DNA of 64,000 nucleotides from Zootoca vivipara (GCF_963506605.1 NC_083276.1:69440001-69504000); one strand, 5' to 3'. Positions 1 to 12,675 are shown, counted from the stretch's first letter. Notes: generated from the sequence alone by a model not told the origin. Translations and numbers: made by a program.

Positions 1-1527
1 TGCTGAAAAGGTTAGCTGACCCCTGACTCAGGGTGTGTGAGAGAGCTAAATCAGGACTGTGGTGTATTGAGTGGTAGGGGTCAACACTTTGCCATGGTCC
101 CTATTAGAATGACTAACCAACACCAGAGTATTCACCTTGTGGAGGGTGGGGGATTCTAATGGAGAAAAAGCGGGGAATAAAGTGTTAAGTCCACCTCTTC
201 CCAACACCGCAGGTCTGATCCAGTTTCCCAACCACACAGGCTACTTGCTATTTGAAAATCAACTATGCATGGGCTACCTATGTGACAAACGTCACATCTA
301 ACTTGGCCCTTGGGATTGCCAAGGTTGTGACCATGAATGCTGGGCATGTGCATCACCCAGATCAGTGGGGTCTGTCACATGTCCTGTTCTGTTTATCACA
401 GGTGCCAACTGTGCTCAGAAAATGAGCAGATCCTTTGCTCTTCATTCGCACACAGACCCACATGGAATCCTGCTGCGATGACTGGCAGAGTGGAGCTTCA
501 TATCCCTTTCTTCATGCACAACATGTTGCACATGGAGAAACAGGTACAATGGTGATGCAGTCAAGCAGCCTCTTGACAGTCCTCCACCATGTCCACAAAA
601 GTGAACCCAAATATCTACTAGCAAACACTAGCCTTTATTATGTGTAATAGGAAAATATGTTCCCAAAAATGCAATCAATAAAATAAATCAATAAATACAG
701 GCGCTTGGATACAGCTGTATCTAGGCCTTCCGTGCTAGATGGAATGGGCAAAAAAATGCCATTAGGGACAGCCAGAGGAAAAGACCTCTTGAAATTCAGC
801 AGGCACTGACTTTGTTATTATTTAGACACTAGCTTAAAATACAGTTCTTTGCCTAAGTTTCTGATAATTTTTGATGCCTGGCTGTGTTTTGGGGCTGATC
901 TGCTGCGTCTGATGGATGTTGTTAATTTTGCTCATTGTGAACGGACTCTGTTTTCATATGCTTTTATTGTTTCCAACCCAGAGAGGCTATAATTTTTTAA
1001 AAACACACATAAATAATGAATAACTACACTCTGTATATGCGGCAAGTAGCCAATAAATTTAAAACGCCTCTTTGGAGACTCGGCAGAGAGAGCGGATATG
1101 TGTATCCTTTCAAAAGTCTTGAAAACATTTCTAATTTAGATTTGAGTCACTGGGGTTAAGCTAGGATTTTGTGGGCAGCAGTCACCAGGGACTTGTTATA
1201 TTATTGTTTTGTTACTGAAATCTTGCACTTTGGTTTATACATGTTGTAGCTTGCTCTGAGGCTCTCTCGGAAAGTGGTAAGCATTAAATCCTTACTTAAC
1301 ACCACCAATTAAAGGAGTGGAAATATCAGTACTTGGGTGCACTTGATATCTCAACTGGACAATGCAAACTCCATCTACTGAATGCTTATACATATATATA
1401 TAATATAGGTTTTGGACAATGTGTAGCTTGAATGAAAAAATATGCCAAAAAAAATCAGCCTTGCCATTGTATTGACATATTGTGACTTGTCTCATTCTTA
1501 TTTAATAATCAGCAGCATGCAGCTAAC

Positions 1528-1662
1528 CTTTGTGCTTCCTCTTTTTCTCTTTTCTGATGTTGCCAGTTTGGCAGCCTCCTGTGGCTGCCTTGGCTTTTTT
1601 AGTTGACTTTGGAGCTTGTGACTCTGCTACCACCTTCACGTCCTCTTGCTCAGGCTCCTGTA
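1528..1662 (-). CDS. TUB: Tubby exon 4 (VQEPEQEDVKVVAESQAPKSTKKAKAATGGCQTGNIRKEKKRKHKG)
   Basis: Lies within ORF 1523..1768(-). Acceptor caagcag|TACAG, donor AAAG|gttagc, 135 nt, phase 1-1. Ends match the TUB linker VQE...RKEKKGKHKG. I did not find later exons in 1-1527. Confidence 0.9.
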
Positions 1663-4193
1663 CTGCTTGAGAGATTCCAGACACCCCCAACCAAAAAGAA
1701 ACATAAAGAGAAAAACAGAGGAGAGAAGAAATGAGAAGCCTATGAAGCCACAAGAAGTGAGCAAGCAAGCAGGCAGATTGTAAAAGTATTTATATATATC
1801 AAGTCAGTTCCAGAGAAAGAAGACAGTATAGGGTAGAAGACTGCAGGTTTATAATGGTATTTTAAATATACAGTATATTACCATCTCTACCTTTAGGCTG
1901 CTAGTAAAATAAATGGCAATCCCTTTCTGTGTTACATTTTGCCTGGGTGAACCAGCCTTGACTGCTATGCCTAAGGACATCAGGAGAACTGAGTGTGCTA
2001 TGATGTGCACATGGTCTCCTGTGATATCATCAGTTAAGGCTCCGTTTCTAAGATTCCTTCTGGGGGGAAACAGCACCATAGTAAAAATGTACTAACATTC
2101 CTGCAATGTTCCTAATAATATCTGGAGGGACGCTGCAAGGGACACTGTCTCCATCAAATTTGCCACAATTGCAAGCAGCAGCATTTACCTACAAGTCAAC
2201 TTATTTCTATGTAGGGGCACCAGCCTGCCCTTTCAAGCATCAAGTAAAAGTCCCCAGCAGCAAGTAAATTTACTGGCGAGTATCTGGTCTTGTTCTGCTC
2301 CTCTGCTTTATCTAAACATGTTTTGCAAATTATCAAAAACAGAAAAAAATGAGGGACCATCAACTCAAAATGTAACAAAATTAATCACGGAAGCTTTTGT
2401 GCTGGCATAACCCATTCAGCTACTTCACAATTCAATCTATGCATGCCTGCTAATAAGCAAATCTCACTATGTTCAGTGGAAGTAATTCCTAAGTAAATGT
2501 GCAAAGGATTGCAGGTCTAATCATTTGACCAGCATGAACCTGTGAAGCAAATAAAAATCACTGTAGTTTCATAATATAGTCAATTTACTTATTTGAAACA
2601 CATACAAACAAATATTTCTGCAACAAAGTAAAAAAGAGAAGCTGGCAGGCTGCTCCTTCTGATCCTCCAATCCCCACTCCATGCACACACCTTCATAAAA
2701 GTACAGAGAGAAAAAAGTGGCAATGTTATGTAACTCCAGAGCTCAGTAACAATGCAATTACAAGTACGTACACTTGGAAGCAAATCCCACTGGAATTCAA
2801 TGGGGCTTTACATCCAAGTAAATGTGCATAATATGGCAGTCTAAATTGCAATATTCCTTTCATAAGTCAGAGCTTCTGCACACCATTAAAACAAACTCCA
2901 CACTAGTTCTGTCTTTGATTTAACATTCTGTTTTTGTTTTTTTTAGAGTTTAGGATAAGTGCTCAGATGTTCAAGCTGCCAAAAGAGGGTCCTTTTTAAA
3001 GAAATAAGATTCAAATGGCAAGCAGCCTTGAGTAAAAGCCCTGGCATTCATATAAAGTCATTTAATTATATTTGGGAAGTTCTAAAGCTGCAACAATGAC
3101 GAGTAATGGTGACAGGAAGAGTTCCAGGATCTGCTGCTCCTTGACAAAGAGGAAGATGAAGGGTGGTCATATCAGGATTTCCTCTATGGCAGGGATGAGG
3201 AACCTGTGGTCAATCAGCTGTGGCTGGGTTCCAGCTTCCATCAGCCTCTGCCAGCATGGTCAATGGTCAGATGACGGGAGATGGAGTCGAGCAACATCTG
3301 GAGGACCACAAGTTCCCCATCGGAGGTTCATGGCATCCCACCAGCTTGATGATCTGGTGTGGATTGCAGCATCTATTAGCAATGAATGTTTAGGCTTTCA
3401 GGGCACTCAGAGACATAGATTTGGATGTATCCACATCTATTGTTTTGCCTGGTGTTTTCTGCAAGGTGACTTTCAATAGTTGGTCCATTTCACATCCGGA
3501 TATCATCATCATCAACATCATCAATTCTTTCTTAGAGTCACACCCATAGTCTGGACATCCTTCCAACAATGTCCAGCTGTGTTGAAATGCATTTGGGACT
3601 ATCCAATTATTTTCAAAAAGGGACTCTGTGTGTGCTCAAAGGCAGGCTCTGTTAGTGCTTCATGGAGGAGTCTTGGTGAGGCCTCGCAAAAATTATAAAA
3701 ATGTGTATTAAAAGTGTCTAAGGCATGAGTTGCTTTGCATGTGTCCCTAAATTGCATTTTTAAAGAAACACAGAAACTGTCTGGCACTTCTTATTTCAGC
3801 AGTTTGCTCAACTAACTAGGAATAGCCAGAAGCAAAATAAATAAATACTGTGGGCTGCAGCTTGAGGAGTTAGCTCCAAAAGTGGCACTTTCTCTGCACT
3901 TGTCAAAGCTTGAATTTCAATTTTAACACACATCGGATTTCATTGAGGCAGAGCTTAGCAATCCATATGACTTTAGGTTGGAGAACTGATCCATAGCACT
4001 ACATGAGGTGGGGCAGTGTCATGAAGCTGCCCACCACCATATGTCCCTCCAGCACATATTGATGCCTTGAATCCACATAGGTGGAATGGGAGACATTGAA
4101 AACTGAATTATTTGCTATAAAAGCAGCCAAATGAGATTTTCAAAAAGATAAACAAAGAGTACCCTATCATTTTAGCGGAATAAATTGACACTT

Positions 4194-4892
4194 GTTGTTG
4201 TTGTTGTTGTTGTTTAGTCATGTCCAACTCTTCATGACCCCATGGACCAGAGCACGCCAGGCACTCCTGTCTTCCACCACCTCCCGCAGTTTGGTCACTC
4301 ATGTTGGTAGGTTCAAGAACACTGTCTAACCATCTCGTACTCTGTCATCCCCTTCTCCTAGTGCCCTCAATCTTTCCCAACATCAAGGTCTTTTCCAGGG
4401 AGTCTTCTCTTCTCATGAGGTGGCCAAAGTATTGGAGCCTCAGCTTCAGGATCTGTCCTTCCAGTGAGCACTCAGGGCTGATTTTATTCAGGATGGATAG
4501 GTTTGATCTTCTTGCAGTCCATGGGACTCTCAAGAGTCTCCTCCAGCACCATAATTCAAAAGCATCAATTCTTCGACGATCAGCCTTCTTTATGGTCCAG
4601 CTCTCACTTCCATACATCACTACTGGGAAAACCATAGCTTTAACTATATGGACCTTTGTCGGCAAGGTGATGTCTCTGCTTTTTAAGATGCTGTCTAGGT
4701 TTGTCATTGCTTTTCTCCCAAGAAGCAGGTGTCTTTTAATTTCATGACTGCTGTCACCATCTGCAGTGATCATGGAACCCAAAAGAGTAAAATCTCTCAC
4801 TGCCTCCATTTCGTCTCCTTCTATTTGCCAGGAGGTGATGGGACAAGTGGTCATGATCTTAATTTTTTTTTTATGTTGAGCTTCAGACCATA
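4194..4892 (-). mobile_element. BovB (RTE-clade LINE) 3' segment, non-inverted part of a 5'-inverted insertion
   Basis: ORF 4345..4908(-) encodes the BovB ORF2 C-terminus (DSSHEIKR..LLGRKAMTNLDSILKSRDITLPTKV..YGSESWT..LQYFGHLMRR). (CAA)n tail at ~4194-4213. Confidence 0.95.
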
Positions 4893-4912
4893 CTTCTTCT
4901 TCTACCATCTAC

Positions 4913-5308
4913 CGTCTACTTCTGCTTCATTGACTACGCAAAAGCATTTGACTGTGTCGACCTCAGCAAACTATGGCAAGTTCTTAAAGAAATGGGAGTG
5001 CCTGATCACCTCATCTGTCTCCTGAGAAATCTCTATGTGGGACAAGAAGCTACAGTTAGAACTGGATATGGAATGACTGGTTCAAAATTGGGAAAGGAGT
5101 ACGACAAGGCTGTATATTGTCTCCCTGATTATTTAACTTATATGCAGAATTCATCATGTGAAAGCCTGGACTGGATGAGTCCCAAGCCAGAATTAAGTTT
5201 GCCGGAAAAAACCTCAGATATGCTGATGACACAGCCTTGATGGCAAAAAGTGAGGAATTAAAGAACCTTTTAATGAGGGTGAAAGAGGAGAGCGCAAAAT
5301 ATGGTCTG
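4913..5308 (+). mobile_element. BovB RT-domain segment, inverted 5' part of the same insertion
   Basis: FCFIDYAKAFDCV, MGVPDHLICLLRNLYVGQEATVRTGYG and YADD codons (gatatgctgatgac, ~5217-5230), frameshifted. The TSD AAATTGACACTT at 4182-4193 and 5309-5320 brackets both segments. Confidence 0.9.
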
Positions 5309-5694
5309 AAATTGACACTTAGAGTAGAACAATAAATTATGGCAGGGACAGAGAACCTTTTTTGCTCCTTATCAGGATCAGCCTCGCAAGCCGAATTTGG
5401 CAGGTGGGCAGAACTGAGCAGAATTCCTGAGCTCCTGGAAAGGACCATAGTAGGTGGCCACTCCATGTTTGTGTGTATTTCCCTGTAGTAAGAGTCAAAC
5501 ACAAAAACTCACTACAATCCCATCTTGTGCTCAATTCCTTTTTGCTACCTCAGCAATTCATTCCTGGGAATGCTTCAGCCATGCTTAGCAGAATGTCAAG
5601 CTTAGAAGGAAGCCAGGTGGTCTTCCAAACCAACCCCCTACTTAGTGCAAGATCTGCAATGTAGGATGCAACAACAGCATCCCTGGCAGGTGCA

Positions 5695-5860
5695 CCCCCC
5701 CCCCTGTTTAAATGTCTCCAGTAAAGAACAGCCCACTATCTCCCAAGGCAGCCTCATCCATTGCCAGATAGCTCATACTGTGGAAGTTTCTCCTGCTAGT
5801 TAGCAGAAATCTGCTTCCTTGCCATTTCCATTCATGGGTTCTAACCCTGCCCTCTGGAAA
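5695..5860 (-). mobile_element. CR1 LINE remnant
   Basis: tgtttaaatgtctccagt..cccactatctcccaaggcagc..ccattg..aagtttctcctg resembles the CR1 ORF2 3' end. Confidence 0.6.
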
Positions 5861-6698
5861 TCAGAGAGCGCAGGACTTCTTGTGCTGCATCAGCCTACTG
5901 AGAGAGAAGACCACGAGGAATAAATGCCTGCAACCAGCCCTGCCTGCCTCTGGCTTTGTGGCTCCGTTATGTTAGGCAAGCAGCATCAGGGGTTGTCCCA
6001 GGGTGCACTTCTCTGTCCAGGAAGTGGCCAGAGATCAAGTGTACACATGGCTGCAATGGTGGCTTGAGGCTTCTAGTCACCTGTCAATGTGGAAGCAATA
6101 GAGAGTACAGAACACTCCATCCAGAACACAAAATGAAAGAGGATCCTATAATGCTTGCAGTAAATGCCTTCTGTAATGAGGAGAGAACTCAGTAGCAACA
6201 GGGTTTTTTTCTCAGCAGCTGAGTTCTACCCTGGCTTGTTAGCTACTGCCATATAGCAGAGCAGCACACTATCTTTCAAGAGACAAGCAGGTTGCAGGGG
6301 TAGCAGAATCTCCAAGGGGACAAAAATGCAACTCAGGCAAAGCATGGATCACAAAAATCAGCAGTGAGTGTAATGCAGAATCCAATTAGCCTTCTCTGAA
6401 GAGAAGTCTACACTTGTGTGAACTCATTCATTCCAAATCTTATCTGCTACAAATGACTGTCATGGAGCAGAAGCTCTGCCTTTGCAAACCACAAGGCGCA
6501 AAGGAGAGGCCTGTGTTTTACCTTGAAGAGATTTCTACTGGCACATAGAATACCTAGCCCTATATATCATGCTAAACATCAGTCTGGGAGGCTGATTTAA
6601 ATGGGCCTTGAATGACAAGGAAGAGCAGCTTCTTTTCCTTTTGGTAAATAGCGTGAAATATTATTTTAATTCACCTGATTTTTAGATGAATCTTGCTA

Positions 6699-7533
6699 CT
6701 GTGGTACCTTGGTCTTCGAAGAGCTTAGTTCCCGAACCCAAACGCTGCAAACCTGGAAGTAGGTGTTCCAGTTTTCAAACTTTGCCTCGGAAGCCGAACA
6801 TACTCCTGAGCTTCTGTTTTCACTGTTGCACAGCAAATTTGAGTCCCCCACATAGTAATTAAGGCTTTTTTTCATCCCGTTTTACCCTTGCACAGCCAAT
6901 TTAAGTCGTCCCCCCCCCAGTGTAATAAAGTCTTTTTTAATCCCATTTTACCCTTGCACAGCCAATTTAAGCCCCCCCCCCCCATCGTAATAAAGGCTTT
7001 TTTCCATCATGTTTGTATCCCTGAGAAGCTAATTTAAGTCGTCCCCCCCAAAAAAAATCGTAATTAAAGCCTTCCATTTCTGATTGCAGTGTTCTGAGGT
7101 GATATTTGGTGCTTTTGTTTTTGCTATTTTGGGTTTTTTTGTTTGTGTGGCTTCTTAATTTTTGTGACTGTGGCTTGTTTTTCATTTTATGATTGACTGA
7201 TTGATTGACTTTGGAAATGGATAAACCCCCCCCCCATCCAAACAATGACTATCAGCAGTGCAGGTAAGAATTTTTTTTAAATCATCTACAATACTGTCTT
7301 ATTTATTTTATAGTACAGAACACTGATTATTGCTTTCATTTTATGGATCAATGGTCTTGTTAGACAGTAAAATTCATGTTAAATTGCTGTTTTAGGGGTT
7401 GTTTTTAAAAGTCTAGAACAGATTAATCTGTTTTGCATTACTTTCTATGGGAAAGTGTGCCTTGGTTTTGAAACGCTTTGGTTTTGGAACAGACTTCTGG
7501 AACCAATTAAGTTTGAGAACCAAGGTACCACTG
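6699..7533. mobile_element. pogo/Tigger-like non-autonomous DNA element with internal minisatellite
   Basis: TIRs c(t/a)gtggtaccttgg..ccaaggtaccactg, TA on both sides; ~62-68 bp tandem units at 6826-7072. Confidence 0.85.
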
Positions 7534-8033
7534 TAAATTTTGAAGCTTTATCATCCCACAGTACTGATAAAACCTGGCTGGTTAACAAGGTTTTGACTTG
7601 ACATTTTCCTATGCTGGTGTGCTTTGATAAAGACAAAACATTTTTTCTTTCTTTATCTTTCTCCTGTAACCTTAGGTTTTTCCTCCCTAGGTGAAGCTTT
7701 TCTGGAACAATTTTATCTCATGTTAAATTTGTATCCAGGTCCTTTTGTTCTACTGAAAAAGTAGAAAGCTGTTAGGTTTAAAATGTACTTTTGTTAACAC
7801 AAAAAGGAGGATGAACTGAAACAAGGTATGTTTTCTTTAATAGAGAACATTTAATTTTCTGTATCAACCCATGCTTTCGATTATAGGTTAACAAAGCTGA
7901 AATTTTCTCACATCTTGAAATGTACCATAAATTAAAACACTGTTTCATATATATCATGTCAAAAACTGTTAGATTCCCCCTGCTTGTGTGAACAAAAACA
8001 TTTAAAACATTTTAAGTATTAACTAATGCTCAT

Positions 8034-8367
8034 GTGGGTGGCGCTATGGGTTAAACCACAGAGTCTAGGGCTTGCTGATCAGAAGGTCGGCGGTTTGAAT
8101 CCCCGTGATGGGGTGAACTCCTGTTGTTCGGTCCCAACTCCTGCCCACCTAGCAGTTCAAAAGCACGTCAAAGTGCAAGTAGATAAATAGGCGGCAAGGT
8201 AAACGGCGTTTCCATGTGCTGCTCTGGTTCGCCAGAAGCGGCTTTGTCATGCTGGCCACATGACCTGTAAGCTGTACACCGGCTCCCTTGGCCAGTAAAG
8301 CGAGATGAGTGCCGCAACCCCAGAGTCGGTCACAACTGGACCTAATGGTCAGGGGTCCCTTTACCTT
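8034..8367 (+). mobile_element. Sauria SINE (Squam1)
   Basis: gggtggcgct..gggttaaaccacagag head, ggtcaggggtccctttaccttt tail. TSD TAATGCTCAT at 8024-8033 and 8368-8377. Confidence 0.93.
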
Positions 8368-10083
8368 TAATGCTCATTAACAGAATGTGCACAAACATCC
8401 ACTGAATTGGTAACTTGAAACTTGCCACTTGGTGGAAAACAGATGTCATTTATGGCTCAAAGTAACATGGCGCTCAAAATTAAACAATGTACAGCCAAAA
8501 CTTTTCATCTGAAAGACATTTGATTTTTTTTTTTACAAGTTATATAAAAGGAAGGAAGAATCAGACAGGAACTGAATGTATTTTGAGCCAACACATTTTC
8601 CTTAGGAAAAATGGGTTGCATCCCACACTGCATGATCGGAGTACCACATGCGCAACACGATTCTACCTTCCTCTCCTCTGCCTGCAACCGTCCAAATGCC
8701 AAAATCCGGTCCCTCAACATTACAGAGCATATTTTGGCATGTGCAGGGGACCGTAGGAGAGATAAGAGGACAGAGAAGTAATGCTAATGATGGCAGTGCT
8801 GGATGCAACCTAATGCTTCTCTCCTCTGTGCACATGCATACCAACATGTGCTGAGCCACAAAATGCAAATCATTAATCCAAACAGAAGTTCTATTCACAG
8901 TGTGGTTTCTAATTTATGAATGTAACTGAAGAAAAGGCTGCTGAGACTAAGTCAAATGCATTTAATATTCAAACGCCATGTACATTTAAATTGCTGTTAA
9001 AAACGGCTAATGAAATTCAAAGGCTTCTTTAATTTTGTATTTATTTATTTATTTATTTATTTAAAAATTGAGGAATGCCAAAGGAGAAAAGTAAACATCA
9101 ATGCAATTTTCTAAAAGGCTATTGTAAAAAAAATAACATTTTCCCTGTAATATTTTGCAAGGAAATACGTATTTTAGGGGATTGAGATTTTCATATGGTA
9201 AGAAGGGGAGAAGGGTTGTCTCAGACTTACTGCAGTTGAAGCAAATGATGGCATAATTACCGGTACAGGTATAAACTAAAATGTAATGAGGATGCATATA
9301 AAATGAATCTGCGAGCAAAGGAACTGTATGCTCACATTAATAAGGTCATTTGGGCTGTATGATATTGCAGTGTCACACATAATGTTTACTAAAATATGCA
9401 TATTTAACATTCTTTGCCAAGATTAAAAGGCTGAGGACAGCAGCCATGTACCAGGAAGTAAGATTTATTCAGTCAGACATTCAACTACTGATGGTGCATT
9501 TTTAATTTTATATTTAAAAGTTAACTGGGGAGTGGGGCCAGCTAGTGATTATGAAAGTGGACAAAAAGCCTGAAAGTTTTATGTAAAGTCAACGTTCTAC
9601 AGAGCATGGAAAGGAAATGTACATTTTGTTGACAAGTTGTCCTCTTCCATTTTATGAAAAGTAGTAGTTTTAGTTTTTGCTTAAAACCATGAGAAATTCA
9701 TTGCTAAAGCAGCAGCAGTGCATTCTGCAACTGTGAATGGAACACCTCCCACAAATGGTGAACAACTGGGTAATTTCAGAAGGGAGATAGATGGCTGAAT
9801 AGCAACTTTCTCAGTAGCTCTATCAATCTCTAAGCATATGCCCCCCAAACCCTTTCCACTGGGAGAATAATAATCAAAATACTATTTGATGGATTATTGA
9901 GATAAGAGTTATAGGGAGACTGAGCAGCCGTGTAAAAAGGAACAAATATTCCATTATAATGCCTATGTTTAGACCAGTTTATATTACTTTTCCCAAAAAA
10001 TTCTTGTCAGCATATTCTCGAATGCATCTCTTGATACGGTACTTTCCCTGCCCTCGACATTTTACAGTAAATTAGACACATAC

Positions 10084-10246
10084 CATTATAAATGGTGCTG
10101 CTGTTGCTGTTGAGGTAAGATTCAACCAATGGTGCTTGTTCTTCTGACTGTTTCATTCTGCGCGCCCTTGTCCGGCTGTCCACATTGGACTGAACCATCA
10201 GAGGCTCCTGACGTTTTTTCTTCTGCTTCTGCTCAAGTAATGCTCG
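10084..10246 (-). CDS. TUB: Tubby exon 3 ([54 protein letters not shown])
   Basis: Lies within ORF 10007..10270(-). Acceptor ttcccag|CGA, donor AATG|gtatgt, 163 nt. Contains the conserved KQKKKR basic motif; exons 2-3 cover the N-terminal IFT-A-binding region known for TUB/TULP3. Confidence 0.97.
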
Positions 10247-11221
10247 CTGGGAAAACACAGAGTGACACACAGAGAGAACTCCTCATTAGATTAAACCTGT
10301 GGGCCTATGGACTGATTTCTGGGTGTCTCAGCAAGATGCTTTGAACCAAACAATACAAAATTTGACATCAACCTCCTACCACAATTCTGCATCAAACCAT
10401 TTATTTTGCTACTATTATGTACAGTGGAGATACGCAAGCAATTCTTTATGGAGAGCCTCTTTTAAAACGTAAAAAAAGCAAAAATACCTACGGTGCTAAC
10501 AGCAGAGATATTTGACACCTCTACTGATAGTCACATTTGAGATTTAAAATTGCTTATACTAAATATTGGGAAAGCAATAAAATACAGGACCTAAAATTAT
10601 TGCTGCATTATGGTGATTATAATTATGATCTAAGCACTATGTGCTGTATAAAGCTGCAACTCCCTAGCCACTGAATCAATGGGATTTATGTCTGAATAGG
10701 CAAGGAGAGAATTGCACTGCGAAATGCATAAAAATACAAGTCTTTCTCAATGCTACAACTAATCTAGCACAGAGATTCTGCAACAATTGCATGATCCATC
10801 AGATCAGTCCCCAGCCCCAGCCCTGAGAAGCACAAAGCAAGCAGGCTGCAGCCAATTGCTAGTGATGATTCTGGAAAACATACTATTAACTACTTGCACC
10901 AGACCACGTAAGTGACCCATGCTTGTTCAGGGGTGGCTGAAAGTAATTTCATACATCACACCCCTAACCTGGAGAATGCGGCCTGATTATGGAACATGTG
11001 AAAATGCTGACTGGGCCCAAAATGAGAGGATGGGATATCTGATTTTCAAGTTCAGATTCCAAATATTATTTTGTATCAAGGACAAATTAGAAAACTAGTA
11101 TCAACATTGCAGCCCAGGGTAACAGAGATCTACGCTGAGCATTAAACAAATCAATTGAAGCAAGCTCCAGCTATCAACATAAAATAACCAATGAAGTGCA
11201 ATTAAAGTTTTACAAACTCAC

Positions 11222-11273
11222 CTGTCTGTCAAGCTTTTGTTGTCGGAGATTGCTGCTCTCATCATCTAAAACA
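11222..11273 (-). CDS. TUB: Tubby exon 2 (VLDDESSNLRQQKLDRQ)
   Basis: ttggcag|T GTT TTA GAT GAT GAG AGC AGC AAT CTC CGA CAA CAA AAG CTT GAC AGA CAG|gtgagt. 52 nt, phase-compatible with exon 1; matches TUB SVLDDEGRNLRQQKLDRQ. Confidence 0.97.
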
Positions 11274-11281
11274 CTGCCAAG

Positions 11282-11311
11282 ATAAATAAATAAATAAATA
11301 AATAAATAAAT
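11282..11311. repeat. (ATAA)n microsatellite at the TUB exon 2 acceptor
   Basis: About 7 ATAA units immediately upstream (minus strand) of the acceptor. Confidence 0.95.
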
Positions 11312-11360
11312 GCAGAATTTACTCGTCTAACCACAGAAGAAAACCTTGCTCTTCTATATA

Positions 11361-11601
11361 CAGTGGTACCTCGGTTTAAGAACAGTCCGGTTTAAGAACG
11401 ATTTGGTTTACAAACTCCGCAAAACCGGAAATAGTGTTTTGATTTGAGAACATTACCTCGGTCTAAGAACGGAATCCGAATGGTGGAAGGGCACCGGCAG
11501 CAGGAGGCCTCATTAGGAAAAGCACACCTCTGTTTAAAAACAGTTTCGGTTTAAGAACGGACTTCCGGAACGGATTAAGTTCATAAACCGAGGTACCACT
11601 G
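11361..11601. mobile_element. pogo/Tigger-like MITE
   Basis: TIR CAGTGGTACCTCGGTTTA..TAAACCGAGGTACCACTG, TA TSD. Confidence 0.92.
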
Positions 11602-12004
11602 TAGTAGTTCATAGGTATTGTGCACGCTCTGCAACAGGATTCCTTTTTTTTTTTTTTTGCATTACACAACCTTATTTGTAGCCATCACAAACTTTGACCA
11701 TCCCTTCCCTAAAGACATTCAGAAGCAGCAATATTCCAAGTGTCTCTAAAGCCTGGCACATGACCTCTCCCCACCACCAAGTTCTGTCTGTGTGTGCCAG
11801 AGCTTCTCTCTGTTGCTTATCCCCACCACCACCACATCTCAAAACCCTCTGGAGTGCATGGAATACTCAGGGAAAAAAGAAGGATCTCTCATTTCATTGT
11901 GGGCAACCAGGAGAGGGTTGTTGCCGGAAAGAGATTTATGGTCACTATTGACATCCTGGTGCAAACCCTTGCTCTTCAATATTTGGATCACTTGGATGAA
12001 GTTA

Positions 12005-12675
12005 ACCACAGCAAAACAAGGCCTTTTCAGTGGTGCTTCCCCAGGTGTGGAATGCCCTCTCTAGTGAGGTGTGCTTGTCTCCCATCATTATTAACTTTTT
12101 AGGGAAATTAAAAACATTCTTGTTTTCAAACATTTGGTGGCTTAAGAATACTGTTTAAGGTAACATTGAGATCATTGGATGGAAATATGTTTTTAATTGT
12201 AAGTGTTATCAGAACGTTTTGATCTGTTATACAGTGGAACCTCGGTTTATGAACACCTCGGTTTATGAATTTTCGGTTTATGAACACCGCGGACCCATCT
12301 GGAACGGATTAATTCATTTCCCATTACTTTCAATGGGCAAGTTCGCTTCAGTTTATGAACGCTTCAGTTTATGAACAGACTTCCGGAACCAATTACACCC
12401 ATGCTTCAGTTTATGAACGCTTCAGTTTAAGTACTCCGCGGACCCATCTGGAACGGATTAATCCACTTTCCATTACTTTCAATGGGAAAGTTCGCTTCAG
12501 TTTATGAACGCTTCCGTTTATGAACAGACTTCCGGAATCAATTGTGTTCATAAACCGAGGTACCACTGTAGAATGTTTTTGCTTTGTTTCTTGTTTTTAA
12601 ATTGTATAAAAATATGCCACCCTGAGCAACTTGGGGGAGGCAGGGCAGGGCAAAAAAAAATCAATAAGTAAAAAA
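12005..12675 (+). mobile_element. L2 LINE 3' remnant (split by a MITE)
   Basis: aggccttttcagtggtg..tgtggaatgccctc motif and ccaccctgagc..aataa terminus. Confidence 0.6.
12232..12568. mobile_element. pogo/Tigger-like MITE with 149-bp-period internal duplication, inserted in an L2 3' end
   Basis: Same TIRs, TA TSD; ccgcggacccatctggaacgg repeats at 12287 and 12436. Confidence 0.92.

Noticed and set aside
1292-1495. Possible TUB exon 5 (donor-like TAA|gtaagg)
   Set aside because: The translation does not resemble the expected TUB sequence and ends in a stop.
12232-12568. CRISPR-like or regularly spaced short repeats (gtttatgaac)
   Set aside because: Eukaryotic DNA; these are MITE subterminal repeats without unique equal-length spacers.
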